A stretch of DNA of 64,000 nt from Felis catus (Eukaryota): contig NC_058383.1 of the NCBI RefSeq assembly GCF_018350175.1, positions 17,548,001 to 17,612,000 of the forward strand, given 5' to 3'. Made by a program: the position numbers and the translations under genes. The notes beneath the pieces are model-generated. The model saw only the letters and a program-made list of their open reading frames with translations. It ran no database searches and was not told where the DNA came from. Below are positions 63,686 to 64,000 of this stretch, one piece after another (position 1 is the first letter of the stretch; each line of letters opens with the position of its first letter).

Positions 63686-64000
63686 AAGGTATCTTTTTAA
63701 TATCTGAGGCCGTATATATTAGAGAAAGGCTGTCCGTCTTTGACTTCATGGTCCTCTTTATGGACCTTTATTTGTAAATGAACAGATCTACAAAGCAAAA
63801 CAAAACCTCTTAGTAATCAGAAGCCATTAGTCAAGTGTTAACAACTTTACAAAACTCACACCCTAAGAGCCTGTGAGGAAAGCAGGGAAGGCTAGAAGGC
63901 CACAGAGAACTGCAGTCCCAGAATAGTCTTGCCTCCTTTACACAGTGAAAACAAGAATAGGGACTGAGTGCTCCCTCATGCCAGGCCCTGGTCTAAGACT

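Overview
Mammalian genomic DNA from a cat or another felid, judged from about 65 Can-SINEs (many of the young SINEC_Fc type) and a felid L1 3' end. It is repeat-rich and gene-poor. The one confidently recognised coding feature is a + strand terminal exon at 30114 encoding DSGVRMTRRALHEKGLK...TIPQGKGR*. From memory this is the distal alternative last exon of BCL7C, so the window is probably a long BCL7C intron, that exon, and the interval toward ZNF629 (human 16p11.2 synteny). Main hunt result: this exon looks like the fossil last exon of a C2H2 zinc-finger gene, reused in a shifted reading frame. Finger relics lie in its 3' UTR and a KRAB-like relic lies 1.2 kb upstream. A second, convergent SCAN/KRAB-like fossil gene may lie on the - strand at 31.7-37.4 kb, and there are three CpG-island promoters with no visible coding gene. 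Also present: an ERVL with an inverted LTR-gag-pro half, a tailless 5S retropseudogene, a 67-bp L1 and several inverted SINE pairs. Domain-relic calls are by-eye alignments that need HMM or BLAST confirmation; repeat subfamily names and boundaries are approximate.
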